NCBI RefSeq assembly: GCF_006345805.1
Contig: NC_042998.1
Coordinates: 206,584,001 to 206,648,000 of the forward strand
DNA from: Octopus sinensis
Lineage: Eukaryota
Length of the DNA: 64,000 nucleotides
Direction: 5' to 3'
In this document: in pieces, positions 34,259-47,050 of the stretch
How positions within the stretch are numbered: position 1 is the first letter of the stretch
Layout of the letters: the number at the start of each line of letters is the position of its first letter
Program-made: the position numbers and the translations under genes
The notes under the pieces: model-generated
Seen by the model: only the letters and a program-made list of their open reading frames with translations
Databases searched by the model: none
Told to the model about the DNA's origin: nothing

Positions 34259-34882
34259 AGTGAGGAGGGGGTGGGCGGGCGAACCGCGAACTAGCAAACA
34301 TGCGTGAGCGCTAGGAATTAAAAGAGACAAACAGGTTGAAGGCAGATAGATAGATAGGTATGTAGGCACATACGGGAGGAATGGTTCCGGGATTGGGTGG
34401 CATAGTTAATTATTGAGAAAGCAGATGTTGATAATAGTAAATAGAATTGGAGAAAGACAAAATTAGAGATGAATGACTGTAATTGTGTGATAAACTTTCA
34501 TAGATGAGTGAAAGAATATATTGCAGATTAAGGAAATGCGTGAGCTAAGGTTATCTCAGCCATCAACAAGTGAGACGAAACTATAGAACTATATTTCCAT
34601 GATGGCACTGTGCTGAAATAGACAGAATGAGACAGAATAGAGGGAAAATAATAATAAGGGTTCATGATGATACTCACAGAAATACAAAGGAAGGTAGGTA
34701 ACAAGTTGAAAGGTTAAAATCTCTTATCTGAAATTTTTCATCCTCTGAGATTCCCATTTTACAGCCAAGGTATCGAAATGGAAAAGAGCCAAGGTATTGA
34801 AATATATATATATACATATGCATATACATATATATCAACCCATGCCAGCATGGAAAGCAGATGTTAAACGATGATGGTGAGG

Positions 34883-34913
<31 letters not shown>

Positions 34914-34944
34914 ATATATATATATGATGATGATGATGATGATC

Positions 34945-35400
34945 ATCATCATCATCGTTCAACGTCCGTTTTCTATGCTAGCATGGGTTGGACGGTTCAA
35001 CTGGGGTCTGGGAAGCCAGAAGGCTGCGCCAGGCCCAGTCTGATCTGGCAGTGTTTCTACAGCTGGATGCCCTTCCTAATGCCAACCACTCCAAGAGTGT
35101 AGTGGGTGCTTTTTATGTACCACCTGCACAGGTGCCAGACGAGGCTGGCAAACGGCCATGATTGGATGGTGCCTTTTACGTGCCACTGGCACAGGGGCCA
35201 GACGAGGCTGGCAACAGCCACAATCGGATGGTGCTTTTTACGTGCCACTGGCACAGAGGCCAGTCGGGGCGGCGCTGGCAACGGCCACATTCGGATGGTT
35301 CTCTTACGTGCCACCGGCACTGGTATCTCAGCTACAATTTCCATTGATGTTGAACGATTTCAATTTCGATTTTCACTTGCCTCAACAGGTCTTCACCAGT
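34945..35400 (-). mobile_element. RTE 3' UTR fragment
   Basis: Similar to 33087-33660. Confidence 0.85.
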
Positions 35401-36697
35401 AGGGTTTCTGTCACAAGAAGGAGAGGTATGCATAAGGGGACTGGCTAGCTGAGGTACCTGGTAATACCCAGGAGCAGGAATATTGCCGGTACCCATTACA
35501 ATGCCTAATTTCTTTTAGATGAAAAATGAAATCAAGACATAGGACAGATAATAGAAGGTGCAAGCAAATTCATTCACAAAACAATAATACAAATAAATAC
35601 GTGTGGAATCGGAAAATGACAATTGTTTGGTGAGATGAGTGGAAAGCTGGAAATAAATAATCAATGGAAACATCAAGAAGGGAATTGTAAGGGAGTGATA
35701 TGAAAGGAAGAAAGAACAGAAAGGCTTGAAAAGTAAACAAAAAATTACTTAGAGAAAAGAGGTTTTGTACTTACAAAAATGGCTGGAGTGCAGAGGCGAC
35801 AACGTGGTGGTCATAAGAGACGTAAGATGCTATGAGGAGAAAAAAAACAGACAAAGATGTTGACTTTTGTCATTTTGGGGCAGATTCTCTTGCAACAAGA
35901 GAGAAAATTTTAAGTGCACATGCACTTAATTTGATGACTGTGTTTCATGGATATAGTTCCACTGATCATGAGAATCGAATATCGATTCTAACGGTTAGAA
36001 CTGACAATTTTAAGTGAAGGTGTTAAGAAAATACATGTTATAGCAACCTGAGAATTCTGAAATAATTGATGAACATTTTAATCCCACAACAATTAATCAA
36101 AAATCCTTTTATGCTTTGCCTGAGTTGGCCGAGGTAAAACTTTATTTGTCTCAACCCATCCTTAGCATATATTCCATCTGTGAATAAAATTTCAAGAAAA
36201 TAGATTGAAAACTTTAAACGTTATGGCAGAAAATAACATTCGTATGAGAATTTGCATTGAAATGTCCGATTGGTTTTTGAAAAATCGATGCTGATTAAAA
36301 ATTATCGATTTGTTTTGTAATTCCAAGTGTGTAAGTGACCACATGGGCATAAGCCCTACACACGTGTCAAGTAGAATTTTTTTTTTTATTAAATGATTAA
36401 ACAGACAATGCTTATTTTTATACTTATAAGAATGTGCATTGTCCGTTTAATTAAAAATTTCTATAAGTGGCTGAAGATTGCTTGACATTTTAAAACTGAT
36501 GTAATACTTACAGTGTTTAATAAAATGAAGTAGCATGAAACAATTGTACTACACTACCTTGGATATCCTTGTTGCTTATTTTGATTATAATCACCCCATT
36601 TGATTTATATGGATAATACCATACCAAATTCTGGTGCCTTTATCTTAAGTACCATATTTATCTGAATCTAAATTTTGCTGAACTTATAAATATATAT

Positions 36698-36750
<53 letters not shown>

Positions 36751-37327
36751 AAACAAGCTTCTGCAATGTTCCGTCAACCAAATTTACTCTCAAGCCATTG
36801 GTCATCCCAAGTCTATAGAAGAAGACATTTGCTGAAAGTTCTGTGAAGCAAAGCCAAACCTGGAATCGCATGGCTTCAAAGCGATCTGAATGTTTCACAT
36901 GAACCTTCAACTGTAAAATTTTGCAATTTACCAATTCCTCCTTCATTCTCTGTAGAGCTTTTCCCTGCAAAGGTCAACCAACACAGAAATAAATTCACTG
37001 ACGATGCCTCCTCCTCTCCTGCCTCCTCTTCTAATCCCCCCACCCTCACTTCACTCTTTATGAAAAGCAATGCATTTTTAAAAATCTTTTTTATTTCTAT
37101 TTCTTTTGTTCGCCTACTTTTATCTGTGTTTTGTATCCAGAAGCTTTTTCTCTCCACGGTTGCCAATAGATTCTGCACAATAATGGATCCCAGAAACCGT
37201 TCTTTCGATCCAGTCTCAAGATCGGAAACGTGAACAGGATGGTTTCTTGACAAGTAAATATCAACAAAGTTCAGCGTGAGTCTGTTAACTCTGGCAGAGA
37301 TTTTCATGGGAAGTGTGCCGTGGAAAT

Positions 37328-37860
37328 ATTCACACACACACACACACATGCACACACTCACCCATTCACACACACACACATGCATGCACACACACCTACA
37401 CTCACACTCACATACACACACACACTCCCAAACTCTCACTCATTCACACACACACTCACTCATTCATACACACACACTCTCACACACACACTCACACACA
37501 CACTCACACACACTCACACGCTCAGTCACATACACACTCCCAAACACTCACTCACTCACACACACATGCACACACTCACCCATTCACACACACAAACACG
37601 CATGCACACACACACGTACACTCACACATTCACACTCACTCACAAACACACACTCCCAAACTCTCACTCATTCACACACACACTCACTCATTCATACACA
37701 ACACACACACACTCACTCACACACACACACACGCTCTCACACACAAACACACATGCACTCACACACTCACTCACACACTCAGTCACATACACACACACAC
37801 ACTCCCAAACACTCACTCACTCACACACACACACGCACACTCACACACAGGCACACACAC
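37328..37860. repeat. (CA)/(CACT) compound microsatellite with internal duplication
   Basis: Recurring ACTCCCAAACTCTCACTCATTCACAC. Confidence 0.9.
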
Positions 37861-38124
37861 ATTTTCTTTTACTTGTTTGAGTCTTAAGACTGTGGCCATG
37901 CTGGGGCTCTGCCTTGAAGAGCTTTAGTCAAACAAGACATTATTTTAAGCCCAGTACTCATTCTATCGATCTCTTTTGCTGATCCACTAAGTCACAGAGA
38001 TGTCAACACACCAACACCAATTCTCAAGCAGTGGTGGAGGACAATCACAAAGGCACAGACACATGTATGTGTATATGTGTGTGTGTGTGTATGTATGTGT
38101 ATGTATATATATATATATATATAT

Positions 38125-38278
38125 ATATTTCTTTTACTACCCACAAGGAGCTAAACATGGAGGAGACAAACGGATTAAGTTGATTAGATCGACCTCAGTG
38201 CATAACTGGTACTTAATTTATCGACCCCGAAAGGATGAAAGGCAAAGTCAACCTCAGCGGAATTTGAACTCAGAACGT
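38125..38278 (-). mobile_element. SINE family B, headless
   Basis: Similar to 13912-14080. Confidence 0.85.
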
Positions 38279-38294
38279 ATATATATATATATGT

Positions 38295-39110
38295 AGAAAA
38301 TCCGCTAACAGAATACTTTCTGTCCACTACCAATCAGCCTTACCCATCAAAGCTAAAGCCGCATACGTGAGAAACAAGATTGCATGTATTAACAGCAATT
38401 GCAGCAACATGACAGACAAAGCCGTCAGCACCAAACAGTTCCTCAAAGATCTAACCCTGAATTGCTACCCACCATTTTTAGCTAAACAACGGCACCTGAA
38501 GAACATCAAGGTCAATAAACCCCTGAAGAACCAGCATACTCCCAAGTCCAGCACGTGCTTCCTGAAGCTTCCACACTTTGAGGACAGAACCACTGCAGCG
38601 ATACAACACGGAGTCCGCAGGAAAGGACTCGACATACAGATAGTGCACACCGGCCCTTCCCTGAGAAAAGCTCTGTCCAAGAACCCCCCCCCCCCACTAC
38701 TCTGAGGAGTGCACATTGTTGAACTGCCCCATCAATGACCCTGAATTGTGCCAGAGAACCTATGTCGTATATGAGATCATCTGAGGCAAATGTGGCGCAT
38801 CCTACATCGGAAGCACGACAAGAAAATTGCATGGATGCATTAAGGAACAGATGCAGGCAGACACTTCCGTAAAGAAACATCTACGGAAATGCCAGACCCG
38901 GGAATTCACAGTGCACATCAAGGCAACACAGCGGAACAGGGGCAACCTTAGAATCTCTGAGGCCATCCCCATACACCAAAAGAAACCCAAGATCAACAAT
39001 AGATGGGAGTTACGGGAAGCTAGCTGGTTGCTATAGCAACACCTTTCCGCACATATCTACTCCACACACACACATCAGCAACATTCGTTAATTTCTTGAA
39101 AAGCGGGTCA
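38295..39110 (+). mobile_element. Penelope-like element remnant: post-RT region plus GIY-YIG endonuclease
   Basis: FLKLPHFED...GPSLRKALSK, then CQRTYVVYEII*GKCGASYIGSTTRKLHGCIKEQ...LRISEAIPIHQKKPKINNRWEL. Confidence 0.85.
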
Positions 39111-39121
39111 TATATATATAT

Positions 39122-39276
39122 GACGGGCCTCTTTCAACTCAAATCCACTCACAAGGTTTTGGTCAAGCCAAAGCTATACTAGAAGACACTTGCCCAAACT
39201 ACCACGCAGTGGGGTTGAACCCATATCCATGTAGTTGGGAAGCAAGTTTCTTACCACACAGCCATGCCATATATAT

Positions 39277-39320
<44 letters not shown>

Positions 39321-39728
39321 TATATGCGCAGGAGTGGCTGTGTGGTAAGTAGCTTGCTTACCAACCACATGGTTCCGCGTTCAGTCCCACTGCGTGGCAT
39401 CTTGGGCAAGTGTCTTCTGCTATAGCCCCGGGCCGACCAATGCCTTGTGAGTGGATTTGGTAGATGGAAACTGAAAGAAGCCTCTCGTATATATATATGT
39501 GTGTGTGTGTCTGTGTGTCTGTGTTTGTCCCCCTAGCATTGCTTGACAACTGATGCTGGTGTGTTTACGTCCCCGTCACCTAGCGGTTCGGCAAAAAAGA
39601 CCGATAGAATAAGTACTGAGCTTACAAAAAGAATAAGTCCCGGGGTCGATTTGCTCGACTAAAGGCGGTGTTCCAGCATGGCCGCAGTCAAATGACTGAA
39701 ACAAGTAAAAGAGTAAAAGAGTAAAGAG
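39122..39728. mobile_element. Divergent SINE A pair (minus 5' half 39122-39268; plus full copy 39326-39728)
   Basis: Two heads facing apart across a (TA)n tract. Confidence 0.88.
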
Positions 39729-39742
39729 TATACATATATATA

Positions 39743-39838
39743 TATATAATTATAATAAGGGTTTTTTTTGCAACAAGTTGCTTAAACCATGTGGTTTAAG
39801 CAACTTGTTGCAAAAACCCTTATTATTATAATTATATA
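39743..39838. repeat. About 96-bp palindrome with a 2-nt centre
   Basis: ...AAGGGTTTTTTTTGCAACAAGTTGCTTAAACCA-TG-TGGTTTAAGCAACTTGTTGCAAAAACCCTT... Confidence 0.9.
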
Positions 39839-40404
39839 AGTTTTTCACCGAATATGGTCCTTTTCCATACCGAAATACTACTAGGTGAAATTTGTTGATT
39901 TTATTAAATTAATTATATTTCACCCTATATCTGTAATATATATATATATACTAGCAGAGATATTAGGCGTTGCCCAGTTACATACAATTGAAGAATTAGA
40001 CTTTTCTGTTATATTTTCTCTAATGAACTGGAATATCTATGTTTCAAATGTCATCAAAATTGCAGATGAGGGTTATTTCCCTCTTTACACACCCCAAAAA
40101 AATTGTAATCGTGCCACAAGTATCCCATACTACTGATTTTTATGCACATATTCCAAAATTCCAGTCTTATTGAACCTGTTAAAAAGATTTTGCTCCTGGA
40201 AAATGAAGGTCATGGAGCTCTAAAATGTGAGAGTTAAAGCCCCTGTTGAGCACTACACAGTGTCTCATATTTCTGTTTGCCCACTCAGTTGTATCTATCA
40301 ATTTATCTTTCTGTGTGTGTATGTGTGTGTGTACATATATATATATATGGAGTTCGTAGACAGGAACTGAAACAAATCAATCGTATATATATGTATGTAT
40401 ATAT

Positions 40405-40712
40405 GTAAGTGTATGTGTTTTGGTATTGGCAACATGAATGACAATGGCCAGAGACTACTTGAATTTTGCACATACCATAACCCGTGCATCACCAACACAT
40501 TCTTTGCCAACAAGACATCCCACAAGGCATCTTGGAGACATCCAAGATCTCACCACTGGCATCAGCTGGATCTCATCATTACACGAAGATCCTTTCTGAA
40601 TTCTGTTCAACTGACCCGTAGTTATCACAGCGCGGATTGTGACACAGATCATTCACTAATAAGAAGCAGGGTGAGGATTCTTCCTAAAAAAGTCCATCAC
40701 TCCAAGAAAATT
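40405..40712 (+). mobile_element. RTE LINE AP-endonuclease fragment
   Basis: GIGNMNDNGQRLLEFC...ITNTFF...SWRHPRSHHWHQLDLII...SADCDTDHSL. Confidence 0.9.
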
Positions 40713-40833
40713 GGCTGACCACACTGCCAAGGCATGTGTAAAATTTGAATGAAATTGGTTGTGTAGTTCTCAAGTTTTAGGGATTCACACAGACAGACAG
40801 ACAGACACACATTCTCAGTTTTATATATATATA

Positions 40834-42421
40834 CTAGCATTATGACCCGTCGTTGCTGGGTCATAGTGCTAGTGCATGTATATATGTGTATATATATGTG
40901 TACATAATACATGTAAATCTATATATATACATTTACACATAAAATACAAAATACAAAGTTATATCTTGATATCGCTAGTGATAACAATACTCAAAATATA
41001 TAACAGACTGGAATTGTAGACCCGTCTCTTGCAATTTCGATCAATTGTATCCCTTTTGTATAGAAGTGTGGCTACAATCCAGCCTACTTCTACTTCTGGG
41101 GGGACATTTTAAATTTTTATCCAGGATGTCCTACATCCCAGATATAAAGGTAAAAATAAAATATTTCCACTTTTCAAGGTTCAAGTCGAGTACTCCCTTG
41201 CACACTCCATTGACTCGAACCTTGCTTCTATTGTGGCAAATTTACCGCCTCTGGTTAGATATCTTTCATAGTCGCACCAAGACACTTTTCGATGGCGCTT
41301 TCCTCCAGGTGTTGAAATCTTTTTTTTCTCTACATTGTATACTTTATAGACAATAGTCTTTTCTTTAATTTAATTTTTTATTTCGTTTGGTGGTGTTATC
41401 CTAGATTCACCGTCTTTTTCGGTGATCAATCCAAAATAGGTTTGTATTTCTTCCATTTTAATTTTAATGAGTTTGCGCCCGCCGACGGCTGCAACGAAAT
41501 TCATTTTTGGACTTTCTTCTGTCGAAGGCATTCTAACAAAATAGCTTCCATGTAAACGGTGAAAATATTGTCAATTTCCCCAAACAGGGACACAATTCAA
41601 TTTTTAAACAATAACCAAAGCTCCTTCTCCAAAAGGGTTACGGTTTACAATTATTTAACAAATGCAACACAACAACGTTTTCCTTATGAGGAACCAACAA
41701 ACATGATAACAATAGTTAAACAGTAACAATAATAACAAACCTTACGGTGAATCAAAAAGCAGTACGCAGTTGAAGCTATAGTTGAAGCTATAGTTGAAGC
41801 TATATGTACAAGAAATAAACCAACAGCAGTACTCAGTAGAAGCATCTTTCGAGAAAACAGACATTACATACAGCCAAACTTCATATAGACACTTAATGCT
41901 GGCTAATTAGCAAATAATCTAATGTAAAAGCCGTGCACAGCTCCATCTGGACTATTCCATTTCTGTACACCAATTTTATTTTTAATTTATTCCCATTCAT
42001 GTGAAACCACTTATTCAAGTTCAAATCATTGATGCAATTTTATACCAATTGCTATTTTTACTTTTGTTATGTTACGATTTAATTATTATATTATACTTTA
42101 GTTTAATTTTAATTATTACTTACTACATATAATTCAATTGTTATTATTATCTCTAATTTTTATTGTTAAAGTGAAAGTATCTGACATAAAATAGAGAAAT
42201 GCTTTTGTTTCACTTTTAACACGTAATACTGAAATAGTGGAGAAGATATAATATTGCTATGGGCTCGCTCTAGGCAAGAAGTTGAACATTTTTTTGCCCA
42301 TGACACTACATGGACCCTAAGTAAGGCATGTGTAAAATCTGAATGAAATTGGTTGTGTAGTTCTCAAGTTTTAGGGAAACACACAGACAGACACACATTC
42401 TCAGTTTTATATATATAGAGA
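40834..42421 (-). mobile_element. Non-autonomous Helitron-like element carrying a LINE ORF1-like fragment
   Basis: Minus 5' A|TCTCTATATATATAAAACTGAG, 3' hairpin then CTAG|T at 40834; internal decayed frame ...KFATIEARFESMECAREYST*TLKSGNILFLPLYLGCRTSWIKI*NVP at about 41000-41550. Confidence 0.6.
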
Positions 42422-42799
42422 TCATCATATATATATATATATATATATAATGGGCTTCTTTCAGTTTCCATCTACTAAATCCACTCACATGGCTACAGTA
42501 GCTGGCACTTGCCCAAGGCACCATGCAGTAAGACTGGACCCAAGACCAACATGGCTGGGAGTCCTTTCTGCCCCTGTGATGCATTTCCATTTAGCAATCC
42601 ATTAGAATACGGAAGATTTCTCAGAGATTGGTTCCGTAATTTGGTCAGCTGAGACCATCAAAGAAGTTCCTGCCAAATGTTTGTTTTGTTAAAAGACAAT
42701 TTGATGAGATCTCTAATGTCAACACTGATGCCATCAGCTGACACATGGAACTTGTGCAGCGAAGCATGAAGGAAGAGCTGGCTCCAGTCTGGCAGTTTG

Positions 42800-42985
42800 T
42801 AGCTGGTGGTTGTAGTGGTGGTGGTGGTGGTGGTGGTGGTGGTGGTGGGGGTGGTGGTGTGGTGGTGGTTGTAGTGGTGGTGTGGTGGTGGTGGTGGGGT
42901 TGTAGTGGTGGTGGTGGTGGTGTTGTAGTGGTGGTGGTGGTGGTGGTGGTGGTGGTTGTAGTGGTGTAGTGGTGGTGGTGGGGGT
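42800..42985. repeat. (GGT)n microsatellite
   Basis: Direct inspection. Confidence 0.95.
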
Positions 42986-43039
42986 GATTTCATATTTCCT
43001 ATATTTCTGATACTTGTTCAAGACATTAAGCTGCGGCCA

Positions 43040-43775
43040 TACTGGGGCACTGCCTTGAAGAATTTTAATTGAGTGAATCGACTGACCCCAATATATTTTT
43101 TAAAACTTGTTTCTTATTTTATCAGTCACTATTGCCAAACTGTCAAGTTACATGGACATAAACACACCAACACCAGTGGTGGTTGGGAACAAACACAGGC
43201 ACAAAGACACACACACACACACACACACGACGGCTTCTCTCAGTTTCCGTCTACTAAATCCACTCACAAGGCTTTGGTCAGCCCAAGGCTATAGTAGATG
43301 ACACTTGCCCAAGGTACCATGCATTGGAACTGAACCCAGAACCATGTGGGCAGGAAGCACTCATCCACATATGTTCCTATACTCTTTTACTCTTTTACTT
43401 GTTTCAGTCATTTGACTGCGGCCATGCTGGAGCACCGCCTTTAGTCGAGCAACTCGATCCCGGGACTTATTCTTTGTAAGCCCAGTACTTATTCTATCGG
43501 TCTCTTTTGCCAAACCGCTAAGTCACAGGGACGTAAACACACCAGCATCGGTTGTCAAGCAATGCTAGAGAGACAAACGCAGACACACATACATATACAT
43601 ATATATACATATATACGACAGGCTTCTTTCAGTTTCCGTCTACCAAATTCACTCACAAGGCATTGGTCGGCCCGAGGCTATAGCAGAAGACACTTGCCCA
43701 AGATGCCACGCAGTGGGACTGAACCCGGAACCATGTGGTTGGTAGGCAAGCTACTTACCACATAGCCACTCCTGC
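43040..43775 (-). mobile_element. Two tandem SINE A copies (older 43040-43365, younger 43380-43775)
   Basis: Family A similarity. Confidence 0.88.
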
Positions 43776-43844
43776 TTGAAAACTTTTATTGGCATTTAAT
43801 TTTTGGAATTGTTCTAAGGAAAGACATTGGTTCCAGTTGTGATT

Positions 43845-44130
43845 GTGCATCATCATCATCATCATCATCATCATCATTGTTTAAAGTCTGCTTTCCATGC
43901 TGGCATGGGTTGGACGGTTTGACTGAGGGCTGGTGAGCCAGAAGGCTGCACCCAGGCTGCAATCCGATCTGGCAAAGTTTCTACGGCTGGATGCCCTTCC
44001 TAACACCAACCACTCAAGAGTAGTGGGTGCTTTTTATGCGCCACTGGCACAAGGGCCAGTCAGGTGGCACTGGCATTGACCATGCTTGAATGGTACTTTT
44101 TATGTGCCACTGGCACAGGAGCCAGTCAAG
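43845..44130 (-). mobile_element. RTE 3' UTR fragment
   Basis: (GAT)n tail and conserved terminal block. Confidence 0.85.
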
Positions 44131-44811
44131 TGGCACATCATCCACAATTTGTAATGCAGGCAATATTGAAGGAACAGCAAAAATATTTAGCTTTGTGTCT
44201 CAGCCAAGATCCTCTGTGCTTCCATATATTTTGGTTGCAAGTCTCCCGAGCGCTGACCTGGCTTTGGTTAGTGATTGTTAATACTTGTATCAATGTTACA
44301 TTCTTTAATATCAGAGTTGCCGCCACTGACTCTGCTACTGTCGCAAACCACAAAGGTAAAAAAATTTACGAATTTTAAAGTAGCCATCATGTTTTGATCT
44401 GTATTGTTTAAGAGGTGAATCTTAAACAAAGGTAAAGGAATTGGTGTGGGGCAACATGAATATTCATGTGCTTCCTTGGAGAGAAAGAAAGAGAGAGAGA
44501 GAGAGAGGGAGAGAGAGAGGAGATGGAGAGAGAAAGACAGGAAGAGAGAGAGAGAAAGAGACAGGAATAGAAAGAGAAATTATATTGTTATTAGAATTTG
44601 ACATTATTATCTTTTAATAATAATAATGAGGGTTTCAAATTTTGGCAAAAGGCCAGCAGATTTTGGGGGAGAAGTTGATTTCATTGACCTCACTAGATTT
44701 TGAACTCAGAACGTAAAGATGACTGAAATGCCACTAAGCACTTTCCCTGCATGCTAACAATAATGCCAGCTTCCTGCCTCAATAATAATAATAATGATAA
44801 TATTAATAATA

Positions 44812-45178
44812 ACAAGAGCACTGAGAGAGCGCAAACCTCTGCCAAGGCAACACCAATGTCCTCTCAACAATTAGCCGGAGATGATTTTCAAAATGAGAAT
44901 ATCTGAAATAAACTCAATTGCTCTCACAAACGAGAATACTAAAAATGAACCTGGCCGCTCTCAAAAATTAAGTAAAAAAAAAAACGGAAAATAATCCAGA
45001 ATCCTTGTCCGGTACTGGATTGATCCCAAAATCTAATCAATTCCTGCCAGTCACAAGGCCAAACATCCCTGGAAGTTTCCTCCAAATCCATCCAGCAGTT
45101 CTTGAGATATCTTGTCCATGGACAAACAAACAAACATGGCTGAAAACAATATCTCTGCCTTTACTAAGGTAGGGGTAA
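44812..45178 (-). mobile_element. Short Helitron2/Helentron-like element related to 24733-26092
   Basis: AAGAGCACTGAGAGAGCGCAAACCTCTGCCAAGG at one end and a degenerate ...AAGGTAGGGGTAAT at the other; CAAA tract. Confidence 0.5.
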
Positions 45179-45194
45179 TAATAATAATAAAAAT

Positions 45195-45460
45195 CATGCC
45201 CCCTCATTTATATGACTGTCCCAATCAACATAAATGTCTCAGTCAAGACTTACCAAAAACTGAGCAAGTATAAAGATCTTGAAATAGAAATTAGCAAAAT
45301 GTGGGACCTCAAGACTAAAACAATACCTGTTGACACAGGTGCCCTAGGAATGATAGCAAAAGGGGCTGATTGTTGCCTAGCTCAAAAACGATGGAAATTT
45401 TTTAAATACTGCTTATGGGAACTGCCCATATCTTACGTAAAATATTGTCTGTGTAATCCA
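45195..45460 (+). mobile_element. R4/Dong-like RLE C-terminal fragment, third subfamily
   Basis: KLSKYKDLEIEISKMWDLKTKTIPVDTGALG...LMGTAHILRKILSV*, preceded by (TAA)n. Confidence 0.8.
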
Positions 45461-45514
45461 AAATTTTAAAACAAACTTTTTTAAAACAAACTTTTTTAAA
45501 ACAAATTTTTTATG

Positions 45515-46285
45515 TGAGAGTAGCTGTTTGAAAAAGTGCCACACCCTAACGGTTGAGGGGACTTGTGGAAGAAGTAGACCCAGGAAGACCTGGGATGAGG
45601 TGGTGAAGCATAACCTTCGAAATTAGGCCTCACTGAGGCAATGACTAGTGACCAAGACCTTTGGAAATATGCTGTGCTTGAGAAGACTCGGCAAGCCAAA
45701 TGAGACCATAACCCCGTGGCCTATGCCAAGGGTGTAACCAGCCCACTTAAGCGTACCTTTCCTTCATTGGACACTTTATTCTGCTTGCAATGACCTGTTG
45801 AGGCAAATGAAATCGAAAATTCGATGACTGGTATCCGTGCTAGTGGAGTGCTAAGAGTACCATCCAAGTGTAATTGTTGCCAGAGCAGCTGACTGGCTTC
45901 CATGCCAGTGGCACGTAAAAAGCACTATTCAAGTATGATTGTTACCAGCATTGCCTTACTGGCACTTGTGCCGATGGGACATGAAAAATATTCGAGCGAG
46001 GTTCTTGCTAGTGCCGCTGGACTGGCTCCTGTGCTGGTGGCACGTAAAAAAACACCTTTTGAGCGTGGTCGTTGCCAGTACCACCTGACTGGCCCTTGTG
46101 CCGGTGGCATGTAAAAGCACCCACTACACTCTCGGAGTGGTTGGCATTAGGAAGGGAATCCAGCTGTAGAAACTCTGCCTGATCAGATTGGAGCCTGGTG
46201 CAGCCATCTGGTTCGCCAGTTCTCAGTCAAATTGTCCAACCCATGCCAGCATGGAAAGAGGACGTTAAATGATGATGATGATGAT
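45515..46285 (+). mobile_element. RTE LINE 3' end
   Basis: KCHTLTVEGTCGRSRPRKTWDEVV...WKYAVLEKTRQAK*, five subrepeats of about 65 bp, (GAT)n tail. Confidence 0.9.
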
Positions 46286-46479
46286 AATGATTCTCTAAAA
46301 CAATACTTTGTGCAAAACCAAATATATGGCACCCTAGGCATAGCACCAACATGAACTTCTAACTTGTTGTCTCTTGAGGTCTCTGGGTGAGACTTGGAGT
46401 CAACTTGTACAAATAGAAAGCAAACGTCAAACATATAATAATAATAATAATAACAATAATAATAATAATAATGATAATA

Positions 46480-46705
46480 ATCCTTTCTGCTAAAGGCACA
46501 AGGCCTGAAATTTTTGTGGGCAGGGACTAATCGATTACATCAGCCCCAGAACTCCAGTATGCAACTGGTACTTAATTTACCAACCCTAAAAGGATGAAAG
46601 GCAAAGTCAATCTCAGCAGAATTTGAACTCAGAACGTAGTGATGGGCGAAATACCACTAAGCATTTCACCTGGCAATATGAATGATTCTGCCAGCTCCCT
46701 GCCTA
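46480..46705 (-). mobile_element. SINE family B variant
   Basis: Head and core similarity. Confidence 0.8.
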
Positions 46706-46709
46706 ATGA

Positions 46710-46845
46710 TATAATAATAATAATAAGAAGAAGAAGAAGAAGAACAACAACAACAACAACAATAACAACAATAATAACAAAAGCAATAACAATAATAATA
46801 AACATAATAATAATAATAATAACAACAGCAACAACAATAATAAAC

Positions 46846-46894
<49 letters not shown>

Positions 46895-47050
46895 GAAGAA
46901 GAAGAAGAAGAGAAGAAGAAGAAGAAGAAGAAGAAGAAGGAGATGAAGAATAACAACAACAACAATAATAATAATAATAACAATAATAATAAGAAGAAGA
47001 AGAAGAAGAAGAACAACAACAACAACAATAACAATGATGATGATGATGCT
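46710..47050. repeat. (TAA)/(GAA)/(CAA) microsatellite block
   Basis: Direct inspection. Confidence 0.95.

Noticed and set aside
44199-44351. Two plus-strand AG...GT bounded segments (63 nt and 41 nt)
   Set aside because: They are separated by only 48 nt, have no recognisable product, and such signals are common by chance.
45835-46130. CRISPR-like palindromic repeats with spacers
   Set aside because: The spacers are mutually homologous, the array is the 3' UTR of an RTE LINE directly after its stop codon, there are no cas genes, and the context is eukaryotic.
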